From assembly GCA_963666285.1 (NCBI GenBank), contig OY762711.1: a stretch of 64,000 bases of DNA. The stretch is one strand, 5' to 3'. Position 1 is the stretch's first letter; each line of letters starts with the position of its first letter. Of the stretch, positions 20,706-31,235 are shown piece after piece. The position numbers and the translations under genes are program-made. The notes under the pieces were generated by a model, which was not told where the DNA came from, ran no database searches, and was given only the letters and a program-made list of their open reading frames with translations. Source of the stretch: Sedimentisphaerales bacterium. Lineage in GTDB: Bacteria; Planctomycetota; Phycisphaerae; Sedimentisphaerales; SM23-30.

Positions 20706-21356
20706 TCATTCTTCCAACAGCGACCTGAGCTCATCATCACTCAGCGATATATCTGTAAGTCCTTTATTAGACTTATCTTCCACTTTTTTTCGTTCAACAA
20801 TCTCCCCGTCATCACCATCTTTACCCGCTCCGCCCTTCTCCGCCGGAACCTCAATTATCCTCATCTCCTCATCCTCTAGCAAACTATAAGTCTCTTCTTC
20901 ACATACCCTTATATTGCTTTCATCAATTAAAGGGGTCCGTCCCCTTTTTTCCGACCGACCGCCGCCGACTATCGAATCAAACAGCCCCGGCCTGAGATTA
21001 TCCAGAAACATCGCTCGATCTGCCCCGGCCTTTAGCGAGGTTTGTAGCTTACTCTCATTATTATTTGATACCGCTAGAGTTACAACACTATCATGCTCCT
21101 TCAACAGCGTAAACAACTCCATCTGACCCAACGTCAGGGTATCAGCCCAGACCATCACAACAATAAGCTTACCAGATTGTAAATTACCTTCTGACAGCAA
21201 CTTAAATGTCTCTGCCATCGCCTGGTAAACATTATCACAAACACATAGATCAACTTTATCGTTGCGACCTATACGCTCGAATATCTCTGACTGCTTCTTC
21301 TCAGGAGCAGTTATTATCAAGTATGTCTCAGACCGATCTAATTCCATATTATTCAA
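20706..21356 (-). CDS. Hypothetical protein, receiver-like N-terminus and acidic tail
   Basis: 216-aa ORF co-oriented with the GGDEF gene; ends SLSDDELRSLLEE. Confidence 0.65.
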   Translation of the reverse strand: MNNMELDRSETYLIITAPEKKQSEIFERIGRNDKVDLCVCDNVYQAMAETFKLLSEGNLQSGKLIVVMVWADTLTLGQMELFTLLKEHDSVVTLAVSNNNESKLQTSLKAGADRAMFLDNLRPGLFDSIVGGGRSEKRGRTPLIDESNIRVCEEETYSLLEDEEMRIIEVPAEKGGAGKDGDDGEIVERKKVEDKSNKGLTDISLSDDELRSLLEE

Positions 21357-21573
21357 CCTGGCATCAGGAAAAATCCAACTAATTACAGATTTAACTCACT
21401 AATATAAAAGTACTTACACCTCAACAAAAAATCAGATTCCCCGGCAAGTACAATATATCTTTCCTTTACTTTACGCCTTCTTTTGGGACTTACAACCTCC
21501 TTTTATAAACTGATTATAATGTACAAGTTACGTTTAAAACAAGAAAAATCGCCTTTTCACTATAAAACATAGA

Positions 21574-21770
21574 TTTGGTACTACCAGACTGAGCCGTCCC
21601 TAAAAAGAAACTTCCCAGCTTCCACTCCGTTTAGGCCCCGCACACTCGCCGTGCACCCTTCGCACATACTCCGTATTATCGCCGCACACCGCCCCGCCCT
21701 CTCGGCATACAAACTCGGCTGTCTCTCTGGCAGTTACACACTCTCAATTTTCATTTTTGGCAGTACCCAA
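21574..21770. other. Degenerate MITE-like element with inverted ends
   Basis: TTTGGTACTACCAGA at the left is inverted relative to TCTGGCAGTTAC (about 21727-21738) and TGGCAGTACCCAAA (about 21758-21771). The GC-rich interior stands out in an AT-rich spacer. Confidence 0.4.
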
Positions 21771-21878
21771 ACACCCTCTAAAAACCGACCGTTTCACTAA
21801 ATACTACCCACTATAAACACCTACAATACAACATCTTACAACTTGCCGCTAACTACCAAACTCCCCTTCCCCCAACAT

Positions 21879-21894
21879 TGGCACATCATTTGCA
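21879..21894 (+). promoter_or_regulatory. Sigma-54 (-24/-12) promoter
   Basis: TGGCAC-ATCAT-TTGCA is an exact match to TGGCAC-N5-TTGCW, 50 nt upstream of the ATG at 21945. Confidence 0.8.
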
Positions 21895-21944
21895 TTTACT
21901 ATTTATGTTGAATTGTTTAATTATTTGATTTTGAAGGTTAGAAT

Positions 21945-22451
21945 ATGACCGTTTCACTTTCACAACATGATACAGTCAATGTACTTATGAGCAACAGCTA
22001 CTGGGCCTGGCCCCAGGCTGTCCAGCAGATATTCCAGCCTTGCGGCGTGAATGTGCTCATGGCCAATGACACCAACGACATTGTGAAAATCATCGACAAC
22101 CGAAAAGTTCACCTTGCCATAATCGACAATTCAATCGATAACGAGTCCGGCCTGAAGGCACTCGATATCATCAGAAAACAAGATAAGTTGATGCCCTGCC
22201 TGCTCTTAGCGGGCGACGTTAACGACAAACTGCTCGCCGGAGCACTGAAACTGAACGTCTGTTCGGTACTGGCCAAGCCAATAAATATTGTCCAGCTGGC
22301 CAACCAGATGAACAAAATTTTTCGCAAGTATTATTCCTGCGATATTTTCGGACAGGCCAACGACCTGCTCGGCAATTACCTCACGGAACATAAAGTTGAA
22401 CTGACCGACAAGAAAATTTCGTTGCGGCTGTCAATCAAGAAAAAGAAGTAA
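21945..22451 (+). CDS. Stand-alone response regulator receiver-domain protein
   Basis: VHLAIID, SGLKAL, PCLLL, VLAKP receiver pattern. Confidence 0.8.
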   Translation: MTVSLSQHDTVNVLMSNSYWAWPQAVQQIFQPCGVNVLMANDTNDIVKIIDNRKVHLAIIDNSIDNESGLKALDIIRKQDKLMPCLLLAGDVNDKLLAGALKLNVCSVLAKPINIVQLANQMNKIFRKYYSCDIFGQANDLLGNYLTEHKVELTDKKISLRLSIKKKK

Positions 22452-22516
22452 GTACTTAAATCATAAATAGATAGTTAACATAACAATAGTAACAATTTTA
22501 ATAAGGAGTTATTCAA

Positions 22517-22804
22517 ATGAATGTAAGACCACTTGCTGATAAGGTACTGGTAAAGAGACTGGAAGCTGAATCGACAACAAAGGGCGGTATTGTTTTGCCT
22601 GACAGTGCAAAGGAAAAACCAAAACAAGGCACAATCGTTGCTTTAGGCGACGGTAAACTTCTGGATGACGGCAGCCGAGCTGCTTTCCAGGTCAAAAAAG
22701 GCGATACAGTTCTGTTTAGCTCTTACGCCGGCACAGAAATCAAGCTCGATGGCGACGAATTCCTTCTAATGGACGAATCTGACATCTTAGCCGTAATTGG
22801 ATAA
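22517..22804 (+). CDS. groES: Co-chaperonin GroES
   Basis: RPLADKVLVKR..TKGGIVLPDSAKEKP; AAGGAG RBS. Confidence 0.98.
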   Translation: MNVRPLADKVLVKRLEAESTTKGGIVLPDSAKEKPKQGTIVALGDGKLLDDGSRAAFQVKKGDTVLFSSYAGTEIKLDGDEFLLMDESDILAVIG

Positions 22805-22851
22805 ATAACAAACATTTGCAATAAAAATTTGATAATACACAGGAGATAAAA

Positions 22852-24483
22852 ATGGCTGCAAAGAAAATAATTTTTGATAATGAAGCACGTCAGGCGGTAC
22901 GTGACGGTGTAGTTAAACTGGCTAAAGCAGTTAAAGTTACACTTGGCCCTGCCGGCAAAAACGTAGTAATAGAAAAATCATTCGGCACACCAACTGTCAC
23001 CAAAGACGGTGTTACTGTTGCCAAGGAAATCGAACTCGAAGATGCATGCGAAAATATCGGCGCTCAGATGGTAAAGGAAGTCGCATCAAAGACTTCTAAC
23101 GCTGCTGGTGATGGTACTACCACTGCTACTGTTATGGCTGAAGCTATTTATTGCGAAGGTTTGAAAAATGTTGTTGCAGGCTGCAACCCAACAGTAATCA
23201 AACGCGGTATAGACAAAGCTGTAACTGCTGTTGTAGAAAGCTTTAAGAGCATGAGCATTCCAGTTGACAGCAGCAAGCAGATCGCCCAGGTTGGTACTTG
23301 TGCCGCTAACCAGGATGCAGAAATCGGTAAAATGATCGCCCAGGCTATGGACAAAGTCGGTAAAGACGGCGTAATCACAATCGAAGAAGGCAAAACTCTA
23401 GAAACCACGGTTGACCTGGTTGAAGGTATGCAGTTCGATAAAGGTTATGTATCACCACACTTTGTAACTAACACAGAAAACATGACTTGCGAACTGGAAA
23501 AACCATTTATCCTTATCTTTGAAAAGAAAATCAGCACAATCAAAGACATCGTGCCAATCCTGGAAAAAGTTGCCCAGGCTGGTCGTCCTTTGCTGATCAT
23601 CGCAGAAGATATCGAAGGCGAAGCACTTGCCACCCTGGTAATTAACAAGCTTCGCGGCGTACTTAACGTTGCCGCTGTCAAGGCTCCTGGTTTTGGCGAC
23701 CGCCGCAAGGCAATGATGCAGGACATCGGCATCCTGACCGGCGGCCAGCCGGTATTTGAAGACCTGGGTATTCAGCTTGAAACCTTAGGCATCGAAGAAC
23801 TCGGTCAGGCCAAGAAAGTTGTCATTGACAAGGAAAACACAACTATCATCGAAGGTGCCGGAAGCACAGATGATATCAAGGGCCGTATCGACCAGATCAA
23901 TAATGAAATCAACGCTTCAACCAGCGACTATGATATTGAAAAACTACAGGAACGCCTCGCCAAGCTGAGCGGCGGTGTTGCCCAGATCAATGTTGGTGCT
24001 GCTACCGAAGCTGAAATGAAAGAAAAGAAAGCCCGTGTCGAAGATGCTCTACACGCTTGTCGCGCCGCAGTTGAAGAAGGCGTTATGCCGGGCGGTGGCG
24101 TATCAATGCTGCGTGCTATCAAAGCACTGGAAAGCGTTAAAGTCACCGGCGACGAAAAAGTCGGTGTTGACATTGTAATGCGTGCCCTGAGTGCTCCGAT
24201 CAAACAGATCGCCTCTAACGGCGGACTTGACGGTTCTATCGTTGCCCAGAAGATAATCGAAGGCGGCGATGGAAACGTAAACTTCGGTTACGATGCTGCT
24301 AAAGGCAAGTACGGCGACATGGTCAAGTTCGGCATTATCGTACCAACCAAGGTAGAACGTACCGCGCTGCAGAACGCTGCCAGTATTTCTGGACTGCTGT
24401 TGACTACTGACGCAATCGTTTCAGAAATCCCTGAAGATAAACCTGAAATGCCTGCTATGCCGGGCGGTGGCGGAATGTACTAA
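22852..24483 (+). CDS. groEL: Chaperonin GroEL
   Basis: [38 protein letters not shown] tail. Confidence 0.98.
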   Translation: MAAKKIIFDNEARQAVRDGVVKLAKAVKVTLGPAGKNVVIEKSFGTPTVTKDGVTVAKEIELEDACENIGAQMVKEVASKTSNAAGDGTTTATVMAEAIYCEGLKNVVAGCNPTVIKRGIDKAVTAVVESFKSMSIPVDSSKQIAQVGTCAANQDAEIGKMIAQAMDKVGKDGVITIEEGKTLETTVDLVEGMQFDKGYVSPHFVTNTENMTCELEKPFILIFEKKISTIKDIVPILEKVAQAGRPLLIIAEDIEGEALATLVINKLRGVLNVAAVKAPGFGDRRKAMMQDIGILTGGQPVFEDLGIQLETLGIEELGQAKKVVIDKENTTIIEGAGSTDDIKGRIDQINNEINASTSDYDIEKLQERLAKLSGGVAQINVGAATEAEMKEKKARVEDALHACRAAVEEGVMPGGGVSMLRAIKALESVKVTGDEKVGVDIVMRALSAPIKQIASNGGLDGSIVAQKIIEGGDGNVNFGYDAAKGKYGDMVKFGIIVPTKVERTALQNAASISGLLLTTDAIVSEIPEDKPEMPAMPGGGGMY

Positions 24484-24517
24484 GCAAAATAAGCTTTACC
24501 GCTATTTAGAAAAAATC

Positions 24518-24549
24518 AAAGCACCGGTTATTATGGCCGGTGCTTTTTT
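24518..24549 (+). terminator. Intrinsic terminator of groEL
   Basis: AAAGCACCGG-ttattatggc-CGGTGCTTTTTT. Confidence 0.85.
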
Positions 24550-24653
24550 ATTAGATATATAACATGTAATCATTCAATAGTTGAAAACCAATTATAATAT
24601 TGATAAACATTTCACATCATTGATTGGCTCCAAATCAGTCTTAACATTATGAT

Positions 24654-25763
24654 CTAATCCCATTGAGAAATCACAAATTCTACTGCAAGGTTTTCATCTG
24701 GTGCAATAAAGTAATTATCCACCGAATAATTTAATTTAACAACATCTTCAGATTTTTTAACTTTTACAATAACTCTGCTGTTCGCCGGAATAGAAATTGT
24801 TTTAGGACCAAACTTGCCGGTTTTGGTTAAGTTAATATCCATCAGTGATTTATTTTCAATTTCAAAATAAGCTATATTCTTGCTGTTTAGGTAATGCGGG
24901 GCAGATACTATAACATTACTTTCAAAAAGCTGTTTCAAGAACTGCTCTCTGCCATAAAGCTGATTGTTATGCCAGACAACAGTTCTATGATCTATCAATG
25001 CATCTTTAACAGCCTGAACCGTTCTATCCTTAGCAAAAACCAAAGTCAATGTACGATGTTTTTCTGCAGTATAGTTATAATCAATTGATGGCTGATGAAT
25101 ATCAGAATTACCTATCATAGTTAGATTGTTTTCAAGGCACCATTTGAATGCAGAAGGATAATATACCTTTCCGTTTGCAACTTCCATGCCATGAAGATAA
25201 TTCTTTTGTACCATTTCATCATGAAAATCCATCCATGCCCCACGTTCAACACCTTTCCATTCGTGATGATTCCAAAAGACAAAAGCATTCTGCTCATTTG
25301 CCTTGGCAACAATATTTACAAGCCTATTTTTCCTTTCATCTACATCCAATTCGTCTTTAGCGCAATATTCGGCAACTAAATCGATATCATTGATATATAC
25401 AGCATTATAATGTCCCGGAGGTGTTTCCCGAGTTATTTCAGTTCCTTTAATCAATAAAACATTACATTGCTTAGCTTTCTCAGAAGCAACTTCAAAAGGC
25501 CGATTGTGATTAGTAGGTATATCGGCTTCATGCGGCTGATATTCAATGTGATCTGTAATAGAAATTACATCAATACCTTCTCGATAGGCTTCATCTACTC
25601 TTACTGTCGGCCAGACATACCCGTCAGAAAATACCGTATGCATATGAAAATCGCAAACCAGAACTTCACAACCGGGAACATCAACAAAATATTCCCCGGC
25701 AGAAGACGGTGCGATCATACATAAATTAATAATACATAAAAAAAACAAATAATACTTCTTCAT
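24654..25763 (-). CDS. Secreted PHP-domain phosphodiesterase (Sb-PDE-like)
   Basis: CDFHMHTVFSDG, WPTVRV, ITDHIEY, PPGHYN, FWNH, GNSDIH. Confidence 0.85.
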   Translation of the reverse strand: MKKYYLFFLCIINLCMIAPSSAGEYFVDVPGCEVLVCDFHMHTVFSDGYVWPTVRVDEAYREGIDVISITDHIEYQPHEADIPTNHNRPFEVASEKAKQCNVLLIKGTEITRETPPGHYNAVYINDIDLVAEYCAKDELDVDERKNRLVNIVAKANEQNAFVFWNHHEWKGVERGAWMDFHDEMVQKNYLHGMEVANGKVYYPSAFKWCLENNLTMIGNSDIHQPSIDYNYTAEKHRTLTLVFAKDRTVQAVKDALIDHRTVVWHNNQLYGREQFLKQLFESNVIVSAPHYLNSKNIAYFEIENKSLMDINLTKTGKFGPKTISIPANSRVIVKVKKSEDVVKLNYSVDNYFIAPDENLAVEFVISQWD

Positions 25764-25802
25764 TATAAACTCCTAAAATAAATATGGGTAAAATACTAAT
25801 TA

Positions 25803-26049
25803 GTTAACTTTCGTAGATTTAAGTTGCAATAACGAAGGGCCTTTGGTAAATCGCCTAAAAGGTCCTTCCTGCAATACTTTGAAATTAAACAAAACGTGAG
25901 ACGACCCGCCCTGAGCTGGTCGAAGGATTGTCGAATACCTTAATTTTTCACTTTTCGTTTTTCACTTAACTGGTCCTGTTACGGCCTTTGCGTATAATAT
26001 TGAACAGTCAAAAGTGCGCCATGCATATGATGCGAAGCATAAACCGCAC
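25803..26049. mobile_element. Repeat family B, copy 1 (with nested inserts)
   Basis: GTTAACTTTCG...GAACAGTCAAAAGTGC...GCAC, with a REP and an ATGCGAAGCAT insert in hairpin loops. Confidence 0.85.
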
Positions 26050-26051
26050 TA

Positions 26052-26909
26052 CTAACGCACAGGTTTTTTATCAGCATCTTCCTTTGTGTTTGCCACCCAT
26101 GCAACTTGATTACCATTACCAAGGCCCCCTGTATACCACCTGGCATATACATCAGTGCCGTCGCTTTGTGCAATTTCAGAAACATGACCATCAAGCCAAA
26201 GCGTATTAGAAACTCCGATACCCTTAGGATTATTGTTACCTGCTTCACCTTCAACGGAACGAGATGTTCGCTTGTGCCTAAAACACTCAACAATCGAATG
26301 CTCACTCCACTTGCTTATACTATACCGCCACTGTGTTAAGTTTATTTTCTGACCATCTGGGATATAGAACATGTCGGTTTTATTTTTATTATTGTCAAGT
26401 TTTTGTTCAAAATGGTCTTGAAGTATTATTACTTCAGACTGCCGTTTTATCCGGCCAATATTTCGATGTGATATAAAACCATTAAGACCAAAATGCGCCC
26501 AGGAATAGATTTCGGCGTCATCATTATCCGGATTCCATGTTTGCAGTTGAAATTTAGACGATGGGCAGCTAAATACATCTTTATTCTGAACGTACTTCAA
26601 ATATGCAATTCCCCAATATGCATCAGTATCATCTTTGTCATACATCTCCCCATTTGTACCAGCTTTAAACCAGTAACCACGATTGGGACTCCAATGAGAA
26701 ATACCATTGTTATCATCTATATACATAGTAAATGCAGACCCAAATCCTCTCTGGTGGGCGGCACAATATACAGCTCTGGCACTTTGCCGAGCCTTGTTAA
26801 GAGACGGCATTAGTATCGAAACCAGTAAGGCAATAATTGAAATAACCACCAGCAGCTCGATCAATGTAAATGCTCTTGTTCTTTTATTTATTCCTGTCTG
26901 TTTAATCAT
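26052..26909 (-). CDS. Prepilin-type N-terminal cleavage/methylation protein (DUF1559 / H-X-DG type)
   Basis: AFTLIELLVVISIIALLVSILMPSL..AR, FSCPS, RH...N..WLDGHV. Confidence 0.9.
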   Translation of the reverse strand: MIKQTGINKRTRAFTLIELLVVISIIALLVSILMPSLNKARQSARAVYCAAHQRGFGSAFTMYIDDNNGISHWSPNRGYWFKAGTNGEMYDKDDTDAYWGIAYLKYVQNKDVFSCPSSKFQLQTWNPDNDDAEIYSWAHFGLNGFISHRNIGRIKRQSEVIILQDHFEQKLDNNKNKTDMFYIPDGQKINLTQWRYSISKWSEHSIVECFRHKRTSRSVEGEAGNNNPKGIGVSNTLWLDGHVSEIAQSDGTDVYARWYTGGLGNGNQVAWVANTKEDADKKPVR

Positions 26910-27000
26910 ACACTTCCTTCCACTTTCTAATCGTTAAATCAGCAAATCATAAATAATTGGGACAGGCATAATTTACCTGCCCCAAATAATAAACTGACAA

Positions 27001-30000
27001 TTACCTTAACCAGCACTCAGCAAACTGGGCCAGGTCTACATAATCTATTTGATTACTGTTGTCATAATCAAATACCGGTGAATCAACACTACTTAACCAT
27101 TGAGAAGCAAACTGGCCAAAATCAATCATATTGGTACTGCAATCGGCAAACTCTGCATTCTTATCAAATGGAACATAACCAAATACAAAGTCACTATCAA
27201 TTGCAACAGGTGCATAATCAGAACCCAGGTCTTCTGCGGTATAAACGATAAAGTCATCACCGTCATCTTCATAACTGATCAGCACACGTGCCGGACCGAA
27301 CAAGTCAGTTCCATATGAATTCAATACCAGCATACCGGCGGCAGGGCTGCAGCCTTCCAGGCTTACACGATAAACACCGGTATCTTCCCTGGTGACTGTA
27401 AACAGGCCGTTGCCGTTAACTACATCACCGTCACCAGAAACTCTACCCAGCATAATTTCACGACTGGTATAAGGCACATACAGATAACCGAAATCATTTG
27501 CCTTATAACCGGCAGAATACTGACTTTCCGCAATTGCAATATCCCAGCTGCCGCCATCAGGTGCAATATTAGCAAACCTGTCATTATTACACTGAGCTGC
27601 CGCAAACAGAATACCATCTTCAGGCGAAGCGTTTTGCATTGAAAACAGATAACGTCCGGCATAACCGGCATAGCTTGGAGTAACCGATACAGAAAGGCCG
27701 TATGAATAATCTACATTTCCGCCGGACCCTATATGACCGCTGGTAAAACCTGCCTCAAACGGGAAAAAGGCCGTCGCAAAGTCTGCATTATATTCACCAC
27801 CTGTGGTCTTGGCTATCGCCAGCCAGCTGTCTCTCCGAGGTGAAACAACTGTATGATAGTATTCGCTGTCACCAGATTCTTTACGAAGTGACTGGCGAAT
27901 AGTAGCTAGCAGCACACCTTCCTCCGCCGATAAACGAGCCCCGTTTCGAGTCAGATAAAAATCACCACGGTCACAAGCAGCAACACTTAAATAATTACGC
28001 TTGCTCTTAGCTATTATAGAACCGTAAACCTGGTTGACACTGATATCTCCTGTACTGGTAACAGTAAAATCTGCAGCGGAAATATCCGACGTGTCAAATC
28101 CGCGGCTCGGCCCTGGGGCAGCAGGAGGATTTTCAAACGGAATAAATGCAAACTGGACACCTTCATCATTCATGTCCTGCAGATTCGTAGCGCCTCCATT
28201 ATTCAGATCGTAAACATAAATTAGCCAGCCATCACCATCTGGTTCATATACAACAATGTTGTCTGTAGAATATCTGCTTACACAACCGCTGATAAGCAGT
28301 GTACCGGTTTCAGGAGTCTGGCCATCAATAGTCAAACGAATAGTACCGGTAGTGATGTGTTCAATAGCAAAGTTAAATAAACCTTCGGAATTTACAGAAC
28401 CATTATAGATGCCAAGTTTGGGACTCAAAACACCTGCTGCTATGCCAGGTGTTTCAAAAGGAACATATACAAAATTAAACGGATCGCTTTCCTTAGATAA
28501 TTGAGCGTTATCACGCACACTAATAACCCAGCCGCTGCCATCCAACGCAGCTCCGGAGACAGCATAATTATCTTCATTCTTGCCGCCACATGCCAGAAGT
28601 ACGCCATCGTACCTGCTGTCAACACCTGGAATTGTAATCTGCCAGTCGGCACCGTCTGTATATGTATAATTATAAGGACCTACCTCCATTGATCCGTCAG
28701 ATGAAATCAACTGATCGCCTAAAGTAATATTTTCACTTCCTTTTAATACATATGCTTGTCCATTATTATCCAGGTTACATACATAACCACCGGTCCAGCC
28801 GCCGCTGAATGGGAAGTAGGCAGCACCTACATTTACATTATCTTCATGAGCACCGGTATAATACGTCTCACCAAACATCTGACCGGTTGTCAGTATTGCC
28901 AGCCAGTTCGCTTCCTGACCATGGCCAATCGAGGCAGTATGAAAATGCCTAACAGTCTGAGTAGCGTAATTTTCATTAGTTCGACCGTTCTCTGCAATAG
29001 CAGCAAAGAAAATGCCATTCTCCATATCATCTGTATAAGCTGAACCAATCTGAGGATGGTAATCTCCCCTGTTGCTGTGAGGAACTGTCTCATCATTAGG
29101 ATCTGTCAGCCCAAACATTTCAGTACGCTGACCTGCCGGAATATACACACTAACATCTTCCGGTTCGTTACCTGTTCCATGCTGTATAACTTTTATATTA
29201 GCTGCCTGAACCGTAGGCACCTCTTCACGTCTGGCAATACTGTCAAAACGGGCGGCAAAATCTACAGAGAAACTAAACTCACTGTCTTCATCATCCATAT
29301 ATCCATTCAATGTCGGCGAATAGGTTTTAACATTAATCTGATTATTGATATCGTCAAACTCATAAAGACGCATCCAACCGTTTCCGCCATTATCATAATA
29401 CTGATAATCCTGGCAAACCTGGATAACTTTGTTGCCGAAAAGATTTTCGGTGACCAAAAGACCTTCACCGTCTGTTGATGCAGAATGGCCATTTAACACT
29501 AAAAAAATCTGGTCATTATTATTGATCAACCTCGTCCACTGGCCATGACCGCCAATGTCGGCGATCGCATTTATCGTATTCTCATCTCCATCTTTAGGCA
29601 GACCTGACCAGATATTCGGATCTTCGTAGCCTCCCTCGTAAGCGGTATCCTTTATATATGCATGTGTCGAGTAAATAGTAGGCAAATCGGGATGGGCATC
29701 CAAAACTCGCTGAGCCCAAAGCAGAACCTCTACATCCGGTAAATATTCCATATTCAAATGCAGCCAGGTTCTGCCGCCTGCTTCAAATACCTGGTAATGA
29801 CTGGTCCCGCGGCGACTGCTGCCGCCATACCAGCTGTCTTTATAAGCATAATAGCGAGATGGGCCGAAGTAAAAATCATAGTAGAAACATCCATCATTTT
29901 TATCACCGTTAGTATAATAGTCATGATTGCCTAAACAAACAGAATAGGGCAGTACACCATCCAGCAAATCCATGGCAGCATCTGCATTCGCCCACTCATC

Positions 30001-30228
30001 GGCATTATCGCCATGATTAACGATATCACCCAGCTGAGTTAAAAATGCAATATTTTCACTTTCCACATTTTCTGCAACCCATTGCGTCTGATCTGCAAAT
30101 ATTTCAGGATAATCCTGAGAATAAAGCTGGGTATCCGGCAATACCGCGATCTTAAATGATTCCGCCTGTGCATTGGCGATCATTACCAATGAAAGCGTTA
30201 ATATAAACATCAATAGTTTGTTTTTCAT
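27001..30228 (-). CDS. Large secreted calcineurin-like metallophosphoesterase with repeated C-terminal modules and dockerin-like tail
   Basis: LPDTQ, QLGDIV, GNHD, STH, NGH; tail DYDNSNQIDYVDLAQFAECWL. Confidence 0.85.
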   Translation of the reverse strand: MKNKLLMFILTLSLVMIANAQAESFKIAVLPDTQLYSQDYPEIFADQTQWVAENVESENIAFLTQLGDIVNHGDNADEWANADAAMDLLDGVLPYSVCLGNHDYYTNGDKNDGCFYYDFYFGPSRYYAYKDSWYGGSSRRGTSHYQVFEAGGRTWLHLNMEYLPDVEVLLWAQRVLDAHPDLPTIYSTHAYIKDTAYEGGYEDPNIWSGLPKDGDENTINAIADIGGHGQWTRLINNNDQIFLVLNGHSASTDGEGLLVTENLFGNKVIQVCQDYQYYDNGGNGWMRLYEFDDINNQINVKTYSPTLNGYMDDEDSEFSFSVDFAARFDSIARREEVPTVQAANIKVIQHGTGNEPEDVSVYIPAGQRTEMFGLTDPNDETVPHSNRGDYHPQIGSAYTDDMENGIFFAAIAENGRTNENYATQTVRHFHTASIGHGQEANWLAILTTGQMFGETYYTGAHEDNVNVGAAYFPFSGGWTGGYVCNLDNNGQAYVLKGSENITLGDQLISSDGSMEVGPYNYTYTDGADWQITIPGVDSRYDGVLLACGGKNEDNYAVSGAALDGSGWVISVRDNAQLSKESDPFNFVYVPFETPGIAAGVLSPKLGIYNGSVNSEGLFNFAIEHITTGTIRLTIDGQTPETGTLLISGCVSRYSTDNIVVYEPDGDGWLIYVYDLNNGGATNLQDMNDEGVQFAFIPFENPPAAPGPSRGFDTSDISAADFTVTSTGDISVNQVYGSIIAKSKRNYLSVAACDRGDFYLTRNGARLSAEEGVLLATIRQSLRKESGDSEYYHTVVSPRRDSWLAIAKTTGGEYNADFATAFFPFEAGFTSGHIGSGGNVDYSYGLSVSVTPSYAGYAGRYLFSMQNASPEDGILFAAAQCNNDRFANIAPDGGSWDIAIAESQYSAGYKANDFGYLYVPYTSREIMLGRVSGDGDVVNGNGLFTVTREDTGVYRVSLEGCSPAAGMLVLNSYGTDLFGPARVLISYEDDGDDFIVYTAEDLGSDYAPVAIDSDFVFGYVPFDKNAEFADCSTNMIDFGQFASQWLSSVDSPVFDYDNSNQIDYVDLAQFAECWLR

Positions 30229-30268
30229 GACTTTCTCCTGTATAAATAATATTCTAAATCTTGCATAA

Positions 30269-30286
30269 CATATGCGCGCACATATG
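30269..30286. promoter_or_regulatory. Palindromic operator candidate CATATGCGCGCACATATG
   Basis: 18-bp near-perfect palindrome 40 nt upstream of the start at 30228; related copy at 56591-56608. Confidence 0.6.
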
Positions 30287-30339
30287 CTGTATTAACCAGC
30301 CAATTCCAATAACCTGTAAATATCTACTAAAACAAATAT

Positions 30340-30500
30340 GGTGACCTCTGGAAATTGCTTCTGATGCGATAGTTTAAGATTTTGGTTGCTGACAAGGAAC
30401 ATAAAATAGTGCATATTGGGCTATATTTACTGTTTTATGTGACGCATGTCAGCAGGCAAAAGAAAAACTAGTCGCTCAAAATGAATTTTCAGAGGTTGCC
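30340..30500. mobile_element. MITE family A, 161 bp
   Basis: Imperfect TIRs GGTGACCTCTGGAAATT / AATTTTCAGAGGTTGCC, with ATAT duplicated on both sides. Confidence 0.92.
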
Positions 30501-31000
30501 ATATGTTTTACGGCAGGTCATGATCGGTAATAAAGTTGCTAAAACAAAACTATTACTGATCATTTTAATGTCGCAGGAATTATACTATGAGATAGTCTGT
30601 ATTTGGATTAAACTAAGGATAATTTAAAGTTAATTTTAGATTGCATATACATTAAATTATCGTGCGAAAAATATTCAGACAATAACACATATGCAGTTCA
30701 TGTATATTGGATCTCCTACCTGTTAAAATATTCCATACCAACCTGATTTATATATTTGATATGAAATCCTAACAAGAGCTGCTGCCGGTCACATTAGATA
30801 TCTAATGCACTAGCAGGTTTATGCTCCGGGCAATATGAGCCATAGTCACGATTAAAGCGGCTTATCTCAATTGGATTACAATCCAGACTGGTATCCTACC
30901 GGTTCGATTTAACATTATATATCAAGAAAATATTTCCTTTGACCACAACCGAATACCTGATATAGTACCTGTTTGATGTAATACTTTGGCTAAATATATA

Positions 31001-31161
31001 GGTGACCTCTGGAAATTGCTTTTGATGCGATAGTTTAAGATTTTGGTTGCTGACAAGGAACATTAAATCGTGTATATTGGGCTATATTCACCGTTTTATG
31101 TGACGCATGTCAGCAGGCAAAAGAAAAACTAGTCGCGCAAAATGAATTTTCTGAGGTTGCC
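31001..31161. mobile_element. MITE family A, 161 bp
   Basis: Same element, with TATA duplicated on both sides. Confidence 0.92.
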
Positions 31162-31235
31162 TATAATATCTGTATGCCGATAATTGATTATAAGTAAGAA
31201 AACGGATTGTTTATTGTAAAAGAATGTTGTAAGTT

